64,000 nucleotides of DNA. It comes from Terriglobia bacterium. GTDB lineage: Bacteria > Acidobacteriota > Terriglobia > JAJPHL01 > JAPKYU01. Within the stretch, counting starts at the first letter, position 1; the number at the start of each line of letters is the position of its first letter. The notes under the pieces are model-generated. The model was not told where the DNA came from. It ran no database searches and worked only from the letters and a program-made list of their open reading frames with translations. The DNA is taken from NCBI GenBank assembly GCA_965206645.1, contig CBDBKE010000003.1:849690-913689 (forward strand). The letters run 5' to 3'. Shown in pieces: positions 21,801-31,379 of this stretch. The position numbers were made by a program, and so were the translations under genes.

Positions 21801-22021
21801 TCCCGCTCGGCTTGGACAAGAACATCCAGGTCGTTGCCGAGGCGTTCAACCTACTCAATCGCACCAATTTCAGGCATGTCAACAGCACCGTTGGAAAGCT
21901 ACGCCTCGAGGAACTTCCGACCTTGCTGAAGGGACGCCGGGGGCCTGTGACGGAGCCGTTCTCGTTCACTTCGGCATTCGATCCGAGGCAGTTCCAGTTT
22001 TCGCTGCGTTTCAATTTCTGA
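18806..22021 (+). CDS. TonB-dependent receptor with carboxypeptidase-regulatory N-domain (Oar-like)
   Basis: GNIRGYVYDE..VPG, LPINRRDY, TKGGTN, FAPRAGFAW, C-terminal PRQFQFSLRFNF. Confidence 0.92.
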   Translation: MFHIIRFLAFWNWRFLIPFSYVRCPVRQLRTVLGLLLASGALVQAQTNTGNIRGYVYDETRAVVPGTTVTVVDQSRGVRRQTRTSALGEYFFSHLDPGLHTLRFEVENFASYLLEDFEVRIGETESFSPRLALAAAEEHIVISAESSQPALEPDRTQQSDRIDFVSIQNLPINRRDYLDLALLTPGVVDTNYIADDRDFRIAPTPQSGLGIGGTNGRGNTFMLDGLTNVYNSGSVRSSISQEAVREFQINRNSFSSELGGAPGGAINIVTKGGTNKLHGSLFGVLRNRRFQARNFFDPRKSAYTRAQSGVSIGGPISRNKTFFYSAYERLDRHESAFVPLLQDRSFLYRLTPSQQALVNALGSGAAPPQLLPLVKELSAALVPGNYPHVVSLFENNSGVFPFSEQRQQFLSRIDHTVRDGHNLFLRGNWMGQDNENTSFGSLVGYTRGRIGKINDFSIALGDTLVIGPRWVSETRLGLAYHDAGSYPTDPYGPSIDINGFGFFGRDFILPGRVVERAWQLRQNFTRVSGRHIFKFGADINPLRDSAQVETFFSGRFIFGEAVPLANLIDSAAGAGTSQFLKATLSGAGAPELAAAVGEPVSALQSYALGLPIIYQQGFGNPNWAGWANRYSFFAEDSWRLAQNFLLTLGGRHEFEMKTGFPRDNNNFAPRAGFAWSPDTKTVVRGGYGIFYSRIDSQVVYVNDLLGEKQQIYQVFVPLTGLPGINSALTGQPLTSAEIYQTALARGILGKRQITPEDLKIHGIDPGPGLPLRVQFRVARDTVNPYSQQGSFEIQREVAGYALSAGYNFNRGLHLIRPLDVNAYRAGTNDQGRPIVGFHNPLLLQDNVYGSWGNSYYHALILQLKKRFSQGFMISAHHTWSKAIDENTDYNSSFEPHLQWIAKNERALSSYHRGHRFVAHTVVNSPWKKDKGSGFLHNLLSDFTLSGIVIARSFAPFNLNAGYDNIGDRHTDTHRPWGMGRNTGIGPNFFTLDIRLMRQFPLGLDKNIQVVAEAFNLLNRTNFRHVNSTVGKLRLEELPTLLKGRRGPVTEPFSFTSAFDPRQFQFSLRFNF

Positions 22022-22079
22022 GTGCAGCGCCGGTCGAAACCAGCTTATTCATTATAGCCCAATAAGTCCTGCCAACTCA

Positions 22080-22295
22080 TGTACTCGTCCAGTAGATTAG
22101 TGACACTTTGCCTCCTTGGAAAGGGATTGGTTTTGGTGAGGAACTCAAGAGGGGTAAGGTAACCGAGAGCTTGGTGAGGGCGCACGGTATTGTAGATGCG
22201 TTCCCAAGCCCGGAGATCGCGATTGAGGGCGGGGAGTTGGAACGAGTCGGGGATAACCTCATAGAACTCCTCGGTATGGGTACGTTGGGCGGGTT
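22080..22295 (-). mobile_element. IS481-like transposase 3' remnant
   Basis: THTEEFYE..YNTVRPHQALGYLTP; TGT terminus at 22080. Confidence 0.7.
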
Positions 22296-23073
22296 TGACG
22301 TGACCGGGGTTTTTTGTACCAGGTGAAATGAGAGAGAATTCACCTGAGAAGGAGCCCCGATCCTGTCGACGAAGAGGTATAAGCCGGAGCAGGTTGTAAA
22401 CCTCCTCCGGCAGATCGAAGTGGAGACTGCCAACGGGAAGACCACGCCGCAAGCCTGCCGGGATGCTCAGCTCACGGTGCAGACGTAGTATCGCTGGCGG
22501 AAGGAGTTTGGCGGGCTGAAGCTAGACCAAGCGAAGCGGCTGAAGGAACTCGAGAAAGAGAACTCTCGGCTCAAGCGGTTGGTGGCCGAGCTTTCCCTGG
22601 AGAAGCAGGTTTTGCGGGATGTGGCGCAGGGAAACTTGTAAGCCCTGAGCGGCGGCGTTGTGCGGTAGAGCGTGCGCGGGAGCAACACGGGTTGTCGGAA
22701 CGGCATGGCTGCCGGCTGCTGGGGCAATGGCGAGGGACACAACGATACGAGCCGAATCCTGTGCTGGACGAAGATGGCCTCACCCGAGCGATCGTTGCCC
22801 TGGCGACGCAGTACGGGCGCTACGGCTACCGGAGGATCGCGGCACTGCTGCGGGGTGCAGGCTGGCCAGTGGGCAAGGATCGGGTGCAGCGGATCTGGCG
22901 GCGGGAGGGGCTGAAAGTGCCGCAAAAGCAAAGACCCCGGGGACGATTGTGGCTGAATGAGGGTTCCTGTGTGCGGCTGCGGCCGGAACGGCCGAATCAT
23001 GTTTGAAGCTATGACTTCGTGAGTGCCAGAACGCATGAGGGGAAAACGTTGCGGTTATTGACGCTGATCGATG
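22296..23073 (+). mobile_element. IS3-family pseudo-element related to copies 1 and 2, truncated
   Basis: Left TIR TGACGTGACCGGGGTTTTTTGTACCA; in-frame stops; GGGAAAC site. Confidence 0.88.
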
Positions 23074-23150
23074 TGAGGTGGCCCCGGAAAATCGGACAGA
23101 CGTTTAAGCCGCGTCGTGTTGTGTACCATCGCTTTTCCGACTCGCTCATG
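23074..23150 (-). mobile_element. IS3-type terminus remnant
   Basis: TGAGGTGGCCCCGG, same 14 nt as at 48823. Confidence 0.5.
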
Positions 23151-23254
23151 TGTCATGGCTTCTGAGGTCGAATGCCCCCGCGCGTTCGGCGGGTGGTGGG
23201 ACGGGCGTGTCGTAGGCGACCAACGGACCGTGGCTCACGTCGTGACGATGCGTG

Positions 23255-23456
23255 TTCCGAGCGGACGAATCACCCGCGCGAGGTGGTCGAGGCTGCGCTC
23301 GCGCACGTGGTCAGTGACCAGGCGGAAGCGGCCTACGCGCGGTCGGACCTGTTCGAGCGCCGCCGCCACCTGATGGACGACTGGGCGTCGGCAATCGAGG
23401 CTACACCTCAAACCCGTTCGCTCGATCAGACGCACTACTCGGCCGCTTCTTCGTAG
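23255..23456 (+). pseudogene. Tyrosine integrase (P4-like) C-terminal fragment
   Basis: EVVEAALAHV..AYARSDLFERRRHLMDDWA. Confidence 0.8.
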
Positions 23457-23502
23457 TCATCCAAGACTGTATCTGACAGGTCTGTAAGGTGAGGCTGTTC
23501 TA

Positions 23503-23781
23503 CTAGTTCCTTGACGAGACGACTGGGTTAACACGGAAGCGAATAACAAAGGGGTCATCCTCCGGATAGAAGATCGGCGAACTCTCCTCGTAGGGTCCGT
23601 CCGAAACCTCCAACAGACCAATCTGCCGAGAGAGCTTCGTCAGGTAACAGACGAAAATATCACCTCGTCTAATGCGACTCGCCGCGTGGCGTTGTCTTCT
23701 TCTGAAGCCAGATACGGTTTGTTCCGACTGCTCAAATGCTGCGTAGGTTTCTGGTGAGAACAAGTTCAGGTAGTAAGCCGT
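23503..23781 (-). pseudogene. EVE-domain protein, truncated; start codon reads ACG
   Basis: AYYLNLFSPETY..GDIFVCYLTKLSR.IGLLEV..PFVIRFRV. Confidence 0.7.
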
Positions 23782-23853
23782 CTATTGCTTAGTGCACGAT
23801 TGTCCCGTTTCGTGAGGTGACCCCTAATCGGTAGCTTGCATCTATCGCGGGGC

Positions 23854-23882
23854 GGGTTGATCCCCGCGTGTGCGGGAGAAAC
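23854..23882 (-). repeat. Solitary type I-E-like CRISPR repeat (no array, no cas genes)
   Basis: GTTTCTCCCGCACACGCGGGGATCAACCC, 29 nt with CCCGC/GCGGG stem. Confidence 0.6.
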
Positions 23883-23988
23883 TTGCAATGAAGGGTGCCG
23901 CCCAGATTGCTGCACAAATATCCTTTAAGCTAAAATAGTTGAGCTTGTCTTCAGCATTCAAACTAAGTTTATTGAAGTTGATCCAGCA

Positions 23989-24576
23989 CTAAAGCTCCGC
24001 ACGGGCGATTTGATGAAGTCGGTCGCAATCTGACCAGCCAATAGTGATTGGTCTCTTGGCTATAAATTTCCTTGGCTGGCTAGAATTCACCGGTTCAGGT
24101 GGTGGGTCTTCGAGCGCGTCGAAGGCTTTGTTTTCATTCTTCCATTGTTTGGCAGTAAGTGGTGTACCGTATCTGCCTGACCACATTAGCACTTGCTTAA
24201 CAAGCAGAAGACGATACTTGTCCTCGCGCGGCAATTCGGGAAGCCCGGCATCTGTCCACAGCTTAGGTAGGTCATGCGTTGCTGGAACGCATTCGGTTGC
24301 AGGATTGGCACCCCTCACTTGGAGTTTGCGAGCGATTACGGCCTTTACAACAAGTTCAAGCGCGATGGCGCTCTCTCTCTGAAATGCTTCGCGCAAAGCA
24401 AGACCGGCATCGCCGCCAGTATAGGCGGACTCACGCACCATCTCGCTAAGCCGCGACTCCTCCATCCCGTGCCATAGCACGAAGGCTGCAAAGTGGGCCT
24501 TTTCGGCGCTCGTGCTCCAGTGTCCATATCGCCGCCACTCGATGACGTCTTGCTCGATACTCCACGGCTTTTTCAT
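23989..24576 (-). CDS. Putative HEPN-fold protein
   Basis: AIALELVVKA..THDLPKLW..GRY pattern typical of HEPN helices. Confidence 0.55.
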   Translation of the reverse strand: MKKPWSIEQDVIEWRRYGHWSTSAEKAHFAAFVLWHGMEESRLSEMVRESAYTGGDAGLALREAFQRESAIALELVVKAVIARKLQVRGANPATECVPATHDLPKLWTDAGLPELPREDKYRLLLVKQVLMWSGRYGTPLTAKQWKNENKAFDALEDPPPEPVNSSQPRKFIAKRPITIGWSDCDRLHQIARAEL

Positions 24577-25059
24577 GCGTCTATTTTGCAACAGCGGGTA
24601 GCCCCGGTGCCGCTTTTCCCTGTCGTGGTTTTGTCCATGTAAAGCGTCAAGACGGCGCCCGAATAAAACGTGTGGCATGGAAAATTGTGCGCGGCCTGTA
24701 TTTCTATCACCACGGGGCCATTCTACTGGATTCTTTCTCCGTAGATTGCACCCTCACTGCTAAGGGCCGGCCGCTCCCTGAGCACATTCGGGCGGTGATT
24801 GGCCTTTTGGAGGATGAAGGACATGGCCAGTATCCCGGTTAAGAGGAGTTTCTCGCAAAGGCGCTGACCACAGCCAAGCTCGTTGACAAAAGCCGCCTGT
24901 TCTGTGTGAGGCGCAGGTAGGCTTTGCCAGGCCAGTTCCGAAATGACCCCTCCGGGGTCAGGGTCTATGTCAGGCGTAATTGCTGTCCCATGCGCTGGCG
25001 ATCCACCCGGGTGGGTCGGATGGAGACAATTCTTCTTCTGCTGCCCTGCTGCTACACGT

Positions 25060-25977
25060 CTATTGTGCCACCCTCCGACATACCCCTTGAAAGTAGGTGA
25101 GAAGTGATATCGCCCTGAAACTATTCTGCTCAGTCGCATAACTGACGGATTCACCGTGCAGTACTTGGTGCCGATTGAGTGCGTCGAACAAAACACCTCT
25201 TTCCTTTTCGTTGGCCCATAATGGGTTATTTGTTCTCGGCTCCCTCGGCTCCAGAAGGTTCAACATCGTTGCAACATATTGGAGTTGGGGATCATTCCTG
25301 AAGTCTCGCATCGTAGATGTCAGCTTGTTCTTCTGGAGGACATTCTTACGAAACTGATCCCGCCAAATCCCATCGGCCTGAGAAAGGAATGCTGGAACTG
25401 ACAGTGTATATTGTCCTGCTCTGTGAGCCTCGAATGCATCATGAAGGATTTGACTGCGAAGGGGATATGACTTGGATAGTTCACTCTCTATTGAATCTAT
25501 CCGCATCCTAAAATGAGAACAAATGGCATCTGTTTTCCCACTACTATCATTCGCCCCTAACGAGTCCGTAAAGAGCTGAAGTTGCTCTATAGGTGTGTCC
25601 GGACTCAAGAACCACCCGTGAGTGCTCAGCGTTTCCAAGCACTCCTGTTGTTGTGTACTCAATTGCTCAAGCCGAACTACGATCGACGTGATCTTCTTTT
25701 TGATCTCTGCCGTTGCCTCCCCGATGGTACTTGTCGGGCCTTGCTGAAGCCACAACACAGTCAGCCGCTGAAGATCTTGAGTGTGTCGATTTAAACATTC
25801 GTCATCTTCTTCCGGACTGGGTCCCGACGCATCAATCGTAAGGTCGTGTCGAGCAGATTTCATCTCTTCAATTTCGCACATATCGGAGAAACCGGAAGGC
25901 ACGCCATCTATCCAGGATTTCCTTTTTGGCCATCGCAGCAAGGTTAGGATAGCTGACCCGGAATTGCCATGCAGCAT
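25060..25977 (-). CDS. Hypothetical protein with C-terminal HEPN-like Rx4H motif (start uncertain)
   Basis: LNRHQVLHG; visibly lower GC than host genes. Confidence 0.55.
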   Translation of the reverse strand: MLHGNSGSAILTLLRWPKRKSWIDGVPSGFSDMCEIEEMKSARHDLTIDASGPSPEEDDECLNRHTQDLQRLTVLWLQQGPTSTIGEATAEIKKKITSIVVRLEQLSTQQQECLETLSTHGWFLSPDTPIEQLQLFTDSLGANDSSGKTDAICSHFRMRIDSIESELSKSYPLRSQILHDAFEAHRAGQYTLSVPAFLSQADGIWRDQFRKNVLQKNKLTSTMRDFRNDPQLQYVATMLNLLEPREPRTNNPLWANEKERGVLFDALNRHQVLHGESVSYATEQNSFRAISLLTYFQGVCRRVAQ

Positions 25978-26136
25978 TTTTCTGTGTTCCTGTCGCGTTC
26001 AACCCTCCGTTCAAACCCGCGCGGGGCGTCAAACACGGTGCGAAGGGCGCGTTTAGGCTGACCCGGGGCCATGCGACGACACCTCTCCGACGTGGCCCCT
26101 CAGCAACTCCTCATTCCGGCCGCTTCGCGAGGCGCT

Positions 26137-26400
26137 TTAGCCATACAGGTCGGGTTGCTGAGCAACCAGGGCGACTCCGGGACACAGCCGGCGGGCCTCG
26201 GCAATGGATGTCCCGGTCCGGATGCCGCTGCGCTTGGCGAGCTCGTTGGCCGCGATCACGCAGCTATGGACCGCATCGGCGAAGGGAATCACTCCGATGG
26301 GACGGTCCTGCAAGCGAGGGTCGGCCTGCTCTTCGCAGGCCGCAAAGAAGCCGTCGGAATCGACGTACAGACGCTCCGGCTGGAGAGGTTTTCGCAGGAG
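26137..26400 (-). pseudogene. Y-family DNA polymerase (DinB/UmuC-like) N-terminal fragment
   Basis: Hand translation, not in the ORF track: RLYVDSDGFFAACEE..RPIGVIP..CVIAANELAKRSGIRTG..EARRLCPG..PDLY. Confidence 0.8.
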
Positions 26401-26531
26401 GGTACTGTCAAGTTGAGCAGAATCCGCCCGTTTTGCGGAAGGATTCTGCTGGATCAGAGACTGAGAATCAATGACTTAGCGGTGGCGGCGGGCGGCGAGA
26501 ATGCCGCCAAACTACTTAACTTGACAGTACC
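26401..26531. mobile_element. 131-bp IS6-derived MITE
   Basis: TIR GGTACTGTCAAGTT at both ends, identical to the IS6 at 33175-33978; no TSD seen. Confidence 0.8.
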
Positions 26532-26873
26532 CCCCGGAGTGCCTCCAGATGACACGCCGAAGCTCACCTCCCTCCTGGCACTTTATTGAATCACCGCCCG
26601 GTTCTCGACAGAATAGAATTTGCTCTGCGTGACTGGGCCAAGGTTTCCAGCAACGTGGAGGCGACTTCCCTAGCCCCTCCTACGGCGAAGATGGTGATCT
26701 CCTCCTGCCCGGCTCCTGACCCAGTGGGACAAGTTCGGCCGGCCAGCACCAGCCGCTGGCGATCATCCCGGCCGGCTGGTTGGCCGGCGGGTTAGGTTGT
26801 TAGTTTGGCAAAGCCCAGGTGTGAAACGCTGCTATTATGGCAGCAGATCGCCCTATCGCGCGAATGTAAGAGC

Positions 26874-27194
26874 ATGCCCGATAAGCCCAAATTCGAGGGA
26901 CCCGACCGGCGTCAGCGGTACCGGGTCACCAACGAGGTCAAGATCCTGGTCAAGGCTGGCAAGTTGTTTTCCCAAGTGGGAAGCGTCAAGAACCTCACCC
27001 GCAATGGAATCTTTTTTGAGGCTTTTGGTGATTACCAGCCGGGCATGGGGATGGAAGTCATGTTTCCCTACGACCCATCAAAGCCCTCGATGGAACGGCC
27101 CATGAGTGCCGAAGTCGTGCGGGTCCAAGAAATCGAAGGCTCAATCAAAAAGGGCGTGGCCATCAAGCTGCTTGGCATTTTCCTGAAACCCTAA
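26874..27194 (+). CDS. Stand-alone PilZ domain protein
   Basis: RRQRYR and NLTRNG c-di-GMP-binding-type motifs; EVVRV..GVAIK. Confidence 0.8.
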   Translation: MPDKPKFEGPDRRQRYRVTNEVKILVKAGKLFSQVGSVKNLTRNGIFFEAFGDYQPGMGMEVMFPYDPSKPSMERPMSAEVVRVQEIEGSIKKGVAIKLLGIFLKP

Positions 27195-27352
27195 ACAAAT
27201 TGCAGGAAAAACTGCGCCCCAGCCCCCAAGTGTCTTTTGTTCCCACGCCCCGCGCAGCAGTTGGTGCAATTTATCGAGTCGCCATTGCTCGGGAGCACTC
27301 ACCTCCGCTGATTCAGGTTTTCACTTCCCTCCGCCGCATTGGCGCCCCGCAC

Positions 27353-27736
27353 TCAAGACCATCGCCGCCAGCGACGTTCTGCTTGCCGCACTTGCTGCTC
27401 GTTCAGGCCGAAGTAATGTCCCACCTCGTGCCAAAGCGTCTCCCGGACGATTTGCCGAAGGTGTCTTTCGTTGCGCGCCAGCCGCTCGATCGGTCCCCGA
27501 TAAATGGAGACCTTGTCGGGCAGTACCAAGCCGTAGCCCGTAGTGCGCTGGGTCAGCGGGACCCCGTGGTAGAGCCCGAGCAGTGTGGAGTCGAGTGGGC
27601 AGTCTGCTCGTTCGAGGTCCTCTGCACTCGGTTCTTCCTCGATCGCGATTGCCACGTTGGCGATGCGGCGGCGGAAGTGCGCCGGGATTTGCAGACAAGC
27701 CTCCTCGACTAGGCGGGCAAACTCCTCCCGCTTGAT
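27353..27736 (-). CDS. Minimal zincin-like metallopeptidase (start uncertain; expected start position reads ATC)
   Basis: LLGLYHGVPL..PDKVSIYRGPI..LWHEVGHYFG. Confidence 0.8.
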   Translation of the reverse strand: MKREEFARLVEEACLQIPAHFRRRIANVAIAIEEEPSAEDLERADCPLDSTLLGLYHGVPLTQRTTGYGLVLPDKVSIYRGPIERLARNERHLRQIVRETLWHEVGHYFGLNEQQVRQAERRWRRWS

Positions 27737-27878
27737 GTGACGCGCACGCTTACCGGCCTGTAGCTTGTGGCTCGTGCCGAATAGCTTATCACGCGGGAAA
27801 ATGCACGCTGGAGCAAGCTCCGCACGGCCGGGCGCGCTTGCCGTTGCATTGTGATACACTGCACAAACAGCCGGCCTC

Positions 27879-29987
27879 ATGCTTAGCCTGGTTGTTCCCA
27901 CATACAACGAACGGCACAACCTGCCGACGCTGCTTGAGCGTCTGCAGTCGGCCCTGGCCGACTGCGGCGAGCCGTTTGAGGTGATCGTCGTGGATGACGA
28001 CAGCCCTGACGGTACGGCCGCCGCAGCTCGCTCCCTTCAGCCAAGATTCCCCTGGCTGCGGGTCCGTGCCCGCAAGCACCAGCGCGACCTATCTACGGCG
28101 GTACTGGCCGGCTGGTTTGAAGGACGCGGCGACATTCTGGGCGTGATTGACGGCGACCTGCAGCACCCGCCGGAGTTGCTGCCCACCTTGCTCCGCCGTT
28201 TGAAAGAAACGGGCGCCGACCTGGTGATTGCCAGCCGCCACGTCCGCGGCGGCGGCGTCAGCCGCTGGAGTCCCCTGCGGCGCCTGATCTCCTGGGGTGC
28301 CACCCTGATGGCCGGTTTTATCCTGCCGGGCACGCTCAGCCGCGTGCGCGACCCGATGTCCGGCTACTTCTTGGTGCGCCGCGCCATCATCGAAGGCGCT
28401 CCGCTGCGTCCGGTGGGGTACAAGATCCTGCTGGAAGTGCTGGCTAAGGGCGAATATCAAGAGGTCGAGGAAATCCCCTACATTTTCCAGGAGCGTCTCC
28501 GCGGCGGCAGCAAGCTGAGTGCGCGCCACGGCTGGCAATACCTGCTGCACCTGACCTCGATCGCCCTGGACACCGGCGAGCTGCGCCGCGTGCTTTCCTA
28601 CGGGGCCGTCGGTTTCTCCGGCGCGATCGTAAACCTGGGCGCACTGGCAGCGCTGGTGCGTCTGGTCGGTCTGCCCGCTTCGGTCGCCCTGCCAGGAGCG
28701 ACGGCACTGGCCATCGTGAACAATTTTGCGCTGAACGACCGCTTTAGCTTTCCTGAGGCGCGCCGCAGAAACCCCGGCCCTGCTGCCACATTCACTCGAT
28801 TCCTGCGGTTCCTTTGGATCGTGCTGGCCGGCGTGCTGCTGAATTTCTCTATCGCCATCGCACTGATTCGCTTTGCACAGGTGCCACTGGAGCTGGCCGT
28901 GTTGTGCGGCATCAGCGCCGCGGCTTGCTGGAATTTCCTGCTGAACTCGCGCGTCACTTGGCGGGCCTGGTGGGATCGCAGCGTGCACCTGCGGCGCTGG
29001 CGAAGCGCCGCCGTGCCACCACCCCCGTCCGACCTGGCCTGCAATCTGTGTGGCGGACGGCAATTTGTGGTGCTGTTCCGCGGGCGCGGCTCCAGGCCGG
29101 TCGGACGCCCGGAGCTGTTCTGTTGCACCAGCATGGACCACGGTGACTACACCAACATTCTGCGCTGCGTCTCCTGCTCACTGGTGGTGCTGGCGCCCTC
29201 CGATCCGGTGCCCGAAGTTGAACAGTTCTACCGCGGCGTGGAAGACCCGCTGTACTTGCGCGAGGAGCGGGGGCGTGTGCGCACCTTCGACCGCTTGACG
29301 GACGAGATCGGAGAGCTGCGCAGCGGCGGGCGCCTGCTCGATGTGGGTTGCTATACGGGCGTCTTCCTGGAGCGGGCCCAGCGGCGGGGCTGGGAGGTCA
29401 CCGGCCTGGAACCCAGCCAATGGGCGGCCGGCGTGGCGCGCAGCCGCGGCCTGAACGTCCTCGAAGGATTGCTGGCGGAAAACAACCTGCCGCCGGAAAG
29501 TTTTGACGTCGTCACCGTATGGGATGCCATCGAGCATTTTGGCGACCCGCGCGCCGAGATCGACCGCCTGGCCCATCTGCTAAAACCCGGCGGGCTGCTG
29601 GCTCTCTCCACCATGGACGTGGAAAGCGGGTTTGCCCGCCTGTTGGGACCGCGCTGGCCCTGGTTCATGCGCATGCACCTGTATTACTTTTCTCCGGACA
29701 CGCTGCGCGCCTTGCTGGCGCAGTGCAACCTGGAAGTGGCCAGGGTGCGGCGCCACCGGCGAATCGTCAGTGCACGCTATCTGTTGGAAAAAGCTGCGGC
29801 ACAGTTTCCGTGGGCGAGCGGAGCTCTGGTCCTGCTGGCCCGGTTGCCCTTGCTGGGGCGAGTTCACCTGCCGGTGAACTTCGGTGACATCATCAACGTC
29901 TGCGCGATTAAGACGACGCAGCCTGTCGCTGTCGATGCAACCCCCGCGGCAGAAACGAGAGAAAATCCGACGACCCACAGACGATGA
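27879..29987 (+). CDS. Fusion: GT2 polyprenol-phosphate glycosyltransferase + GtrA-like membrane domain + class I SAM methyltransferase
   Basis: VVPTYNE, VDDDSPDGT, IDGDLQHPP; TM block with NNFALNDRFSF; CxxC..CxxC; LLDVGCYTG, LLKPGG. Confidence 0.88.
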   Translation: MLSLVVPTYNERHNLPTLLERLQSALADCGEPFEVIVVDDDSPDGTAAAARSLQPRFPWLRVRARKHQRDLSTAVLAGWFEGRGDILGVIDGDLQHPPELLPTLLRRLKETGADLVIASRHVRGGGVSRWSPLRRLISWGATLMAGFILPGTLSRVRDPMSGYFLVRRAIIEGAPLRPVGYKILLEVLAKGEYQEVEEIPYIFQERLRGGSKLSARHGWQYLLHLTSIALDTGELRRVLSYGAVGFSGAIVNLGALAALVRLVGLPASVALPGATALAIVNNFALNDRFSFPEARRRNPGPAATFTRFLRFLWIVLAGVLLNFSIAIALIRFAQVPLELAVLCGISAAACWNFLLNSRVTWRAWWDRSVHLRRWRSAAVPPPPSDLACNLCGGRQFVVLFRGRGSRPVGRPELFCCTSMDHGDYTNILRCVSCSLVVLAPSDPVPEVEQFYRGVEDPLYLREERGRVRTFDRLTDEIGELRSGGRLLDVGCYTGVFLERAQRRGWEVTGLEPSQWAAGVARSRGLNVLEGLLAENNLPPESFDVVTVWDAIEHFGDPRAEIDRLAHLLKPGGLLALSTMDVESGFARLLGPRWPWFMRMHLYYFSPDTLRALLAQCNLEVARVRRHRRIVSARYLLEKAAAQFPWASGALVLLARLPLLGRVHLPVNFGDIINVCAIKTTQPVAVDATPAAETRENPTTHRR

Positions 29988-29993
29988 CAGTAG

Positions 29994-31255
29994 TGACCTG
30001 CCCCCCTTCAATCGGTCCAGTTGATAAGTTAGAGGTTAGGGTACGGACTGGACATGGAAGGGGGGAGGAATGCCGAAGAAGCGATATCCAGCCGAACAGA
30101 TCATCCGACATCTACGAGAGGCGGAAGTGGAGCTGGCCAAGGGCCAGACAACGGGAGGGGTCTGTCGGAAGTTGGGAATTACGGAGCAGACCTATTACCG
30201 ATGGCGGAAGGAGTACGGGAGCTTACGAGTGGATCAGGTGAGGCGTCTGAAGGAACTGGAAGGGGAGAATGGCCGACTGAAGAAGTTGGTAGCAGATCAG
30301 GCGTTGGACCTTGCGATTCTGAAGGAGACATCCTCGGGAAACTTCTGAGCCCGCCCCGACGGCGGCAGGCAGTGAAGCATGTCTGCCAAGCCATGGGGGT
30401 GTCGGAGCGGCGGGCGTGTCGGGTGGTAGGACAGAATCGATCCACGCAACGGCATCGAACCTTGGCGCCACAGGATGAACCGAGCCTGGCAACTCGGACG
30501 CTGCAGTTAGCCGGCGAGTACGGCCGTTATGGCTATCGGCGGATCACGGCGCTGTTGCGCCGGGAGGGGTGGCGGGTGAACCACAAGCGGGTAGAGAGAA
30601 TCTGGCGGCAGGAGGGACTGAAAGTGCCGAAGAAACAGCCCCGCAGAGGCCGGCTGTGGTTGAACGATGGGTCGTGCCTTCGGTTAAGACCGTGCTGGCA
30701 GGATCATGTCTGGGCGTACGATTTTGTGGCAGATCGAACCCACGATGGTCGTCCACTGAAGATCTTGACGGTGGTGGATGAATACACGCGAGAGTGTTTG
30801 GCGATCGACGTAGAACGGCGAGCCGATTCGATGAGTGTTTTGGAACGGCTAGCAGCCTTGTTTGTGGAGCGGGGAGTTCCCGATTACCTTCGCTCGGATA
30901 ATGGGTCCGAGTTCACCGCTCGGTTGGTACGGGACTGGCTGGAACGGGTCGGGGTGAAAACCCTGTTCATCGAGCCTGCGAGCCCCTGGGAAAACGGGTA
31001 TGTGGAATCGTTTAACGGGAAGTTTCGAGACGAGCTTCTGAATGGAGAGATCTTTTACACCTTGCGGGAAGCGAAGGTGTTGATTGAGGGATGGCGGCGG
31101 GAGTATAACAGAGTTCGCCCGCACAGCGCGTTGGGCTACCGGCCGCCAGCCCCGGAAGTGATCCTGCCGTTACCGCCGGGTTCCGCTCCGCTCCACCCGG
31201 CTGCAACGGCGTATGGACTACCATGGAAGGTGGACCAATAACCGGGGGCAGGTCA
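29994..31255 (+). mobile_element. IS3-family element, apparently intact (orfA 30070-30348, orfB to 31241)
   Basis: TIR TGACCTGCCCCC at both ends; GGGAAAC site; WAYD, SDNG, YVESF. Confidence 0.93.
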
Positions 31256-31379
31256 AGGCCGAACTGAACGATTTCTGGCACATTTCTAGCACAGTTTGAG
31301 GCGAACAGGTCGATTTTTGATGCGCCATGGAAGTAGGGTTTGTTGAGAATGAAGGAGTTAGGTGTTAGGAGGCACGTAT

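Noticed and set aside
23700-24000. Full CRISPR array
   Set aside because: Only one convincing repeat; no periodic copies or cas genes in the window.
26470-26510. Possible tRNA 3' remnant (TGGCGGCGGGCGG)
   Set aside because: No T-loop; it is an internal hairpin of the IS6-derived MITE.
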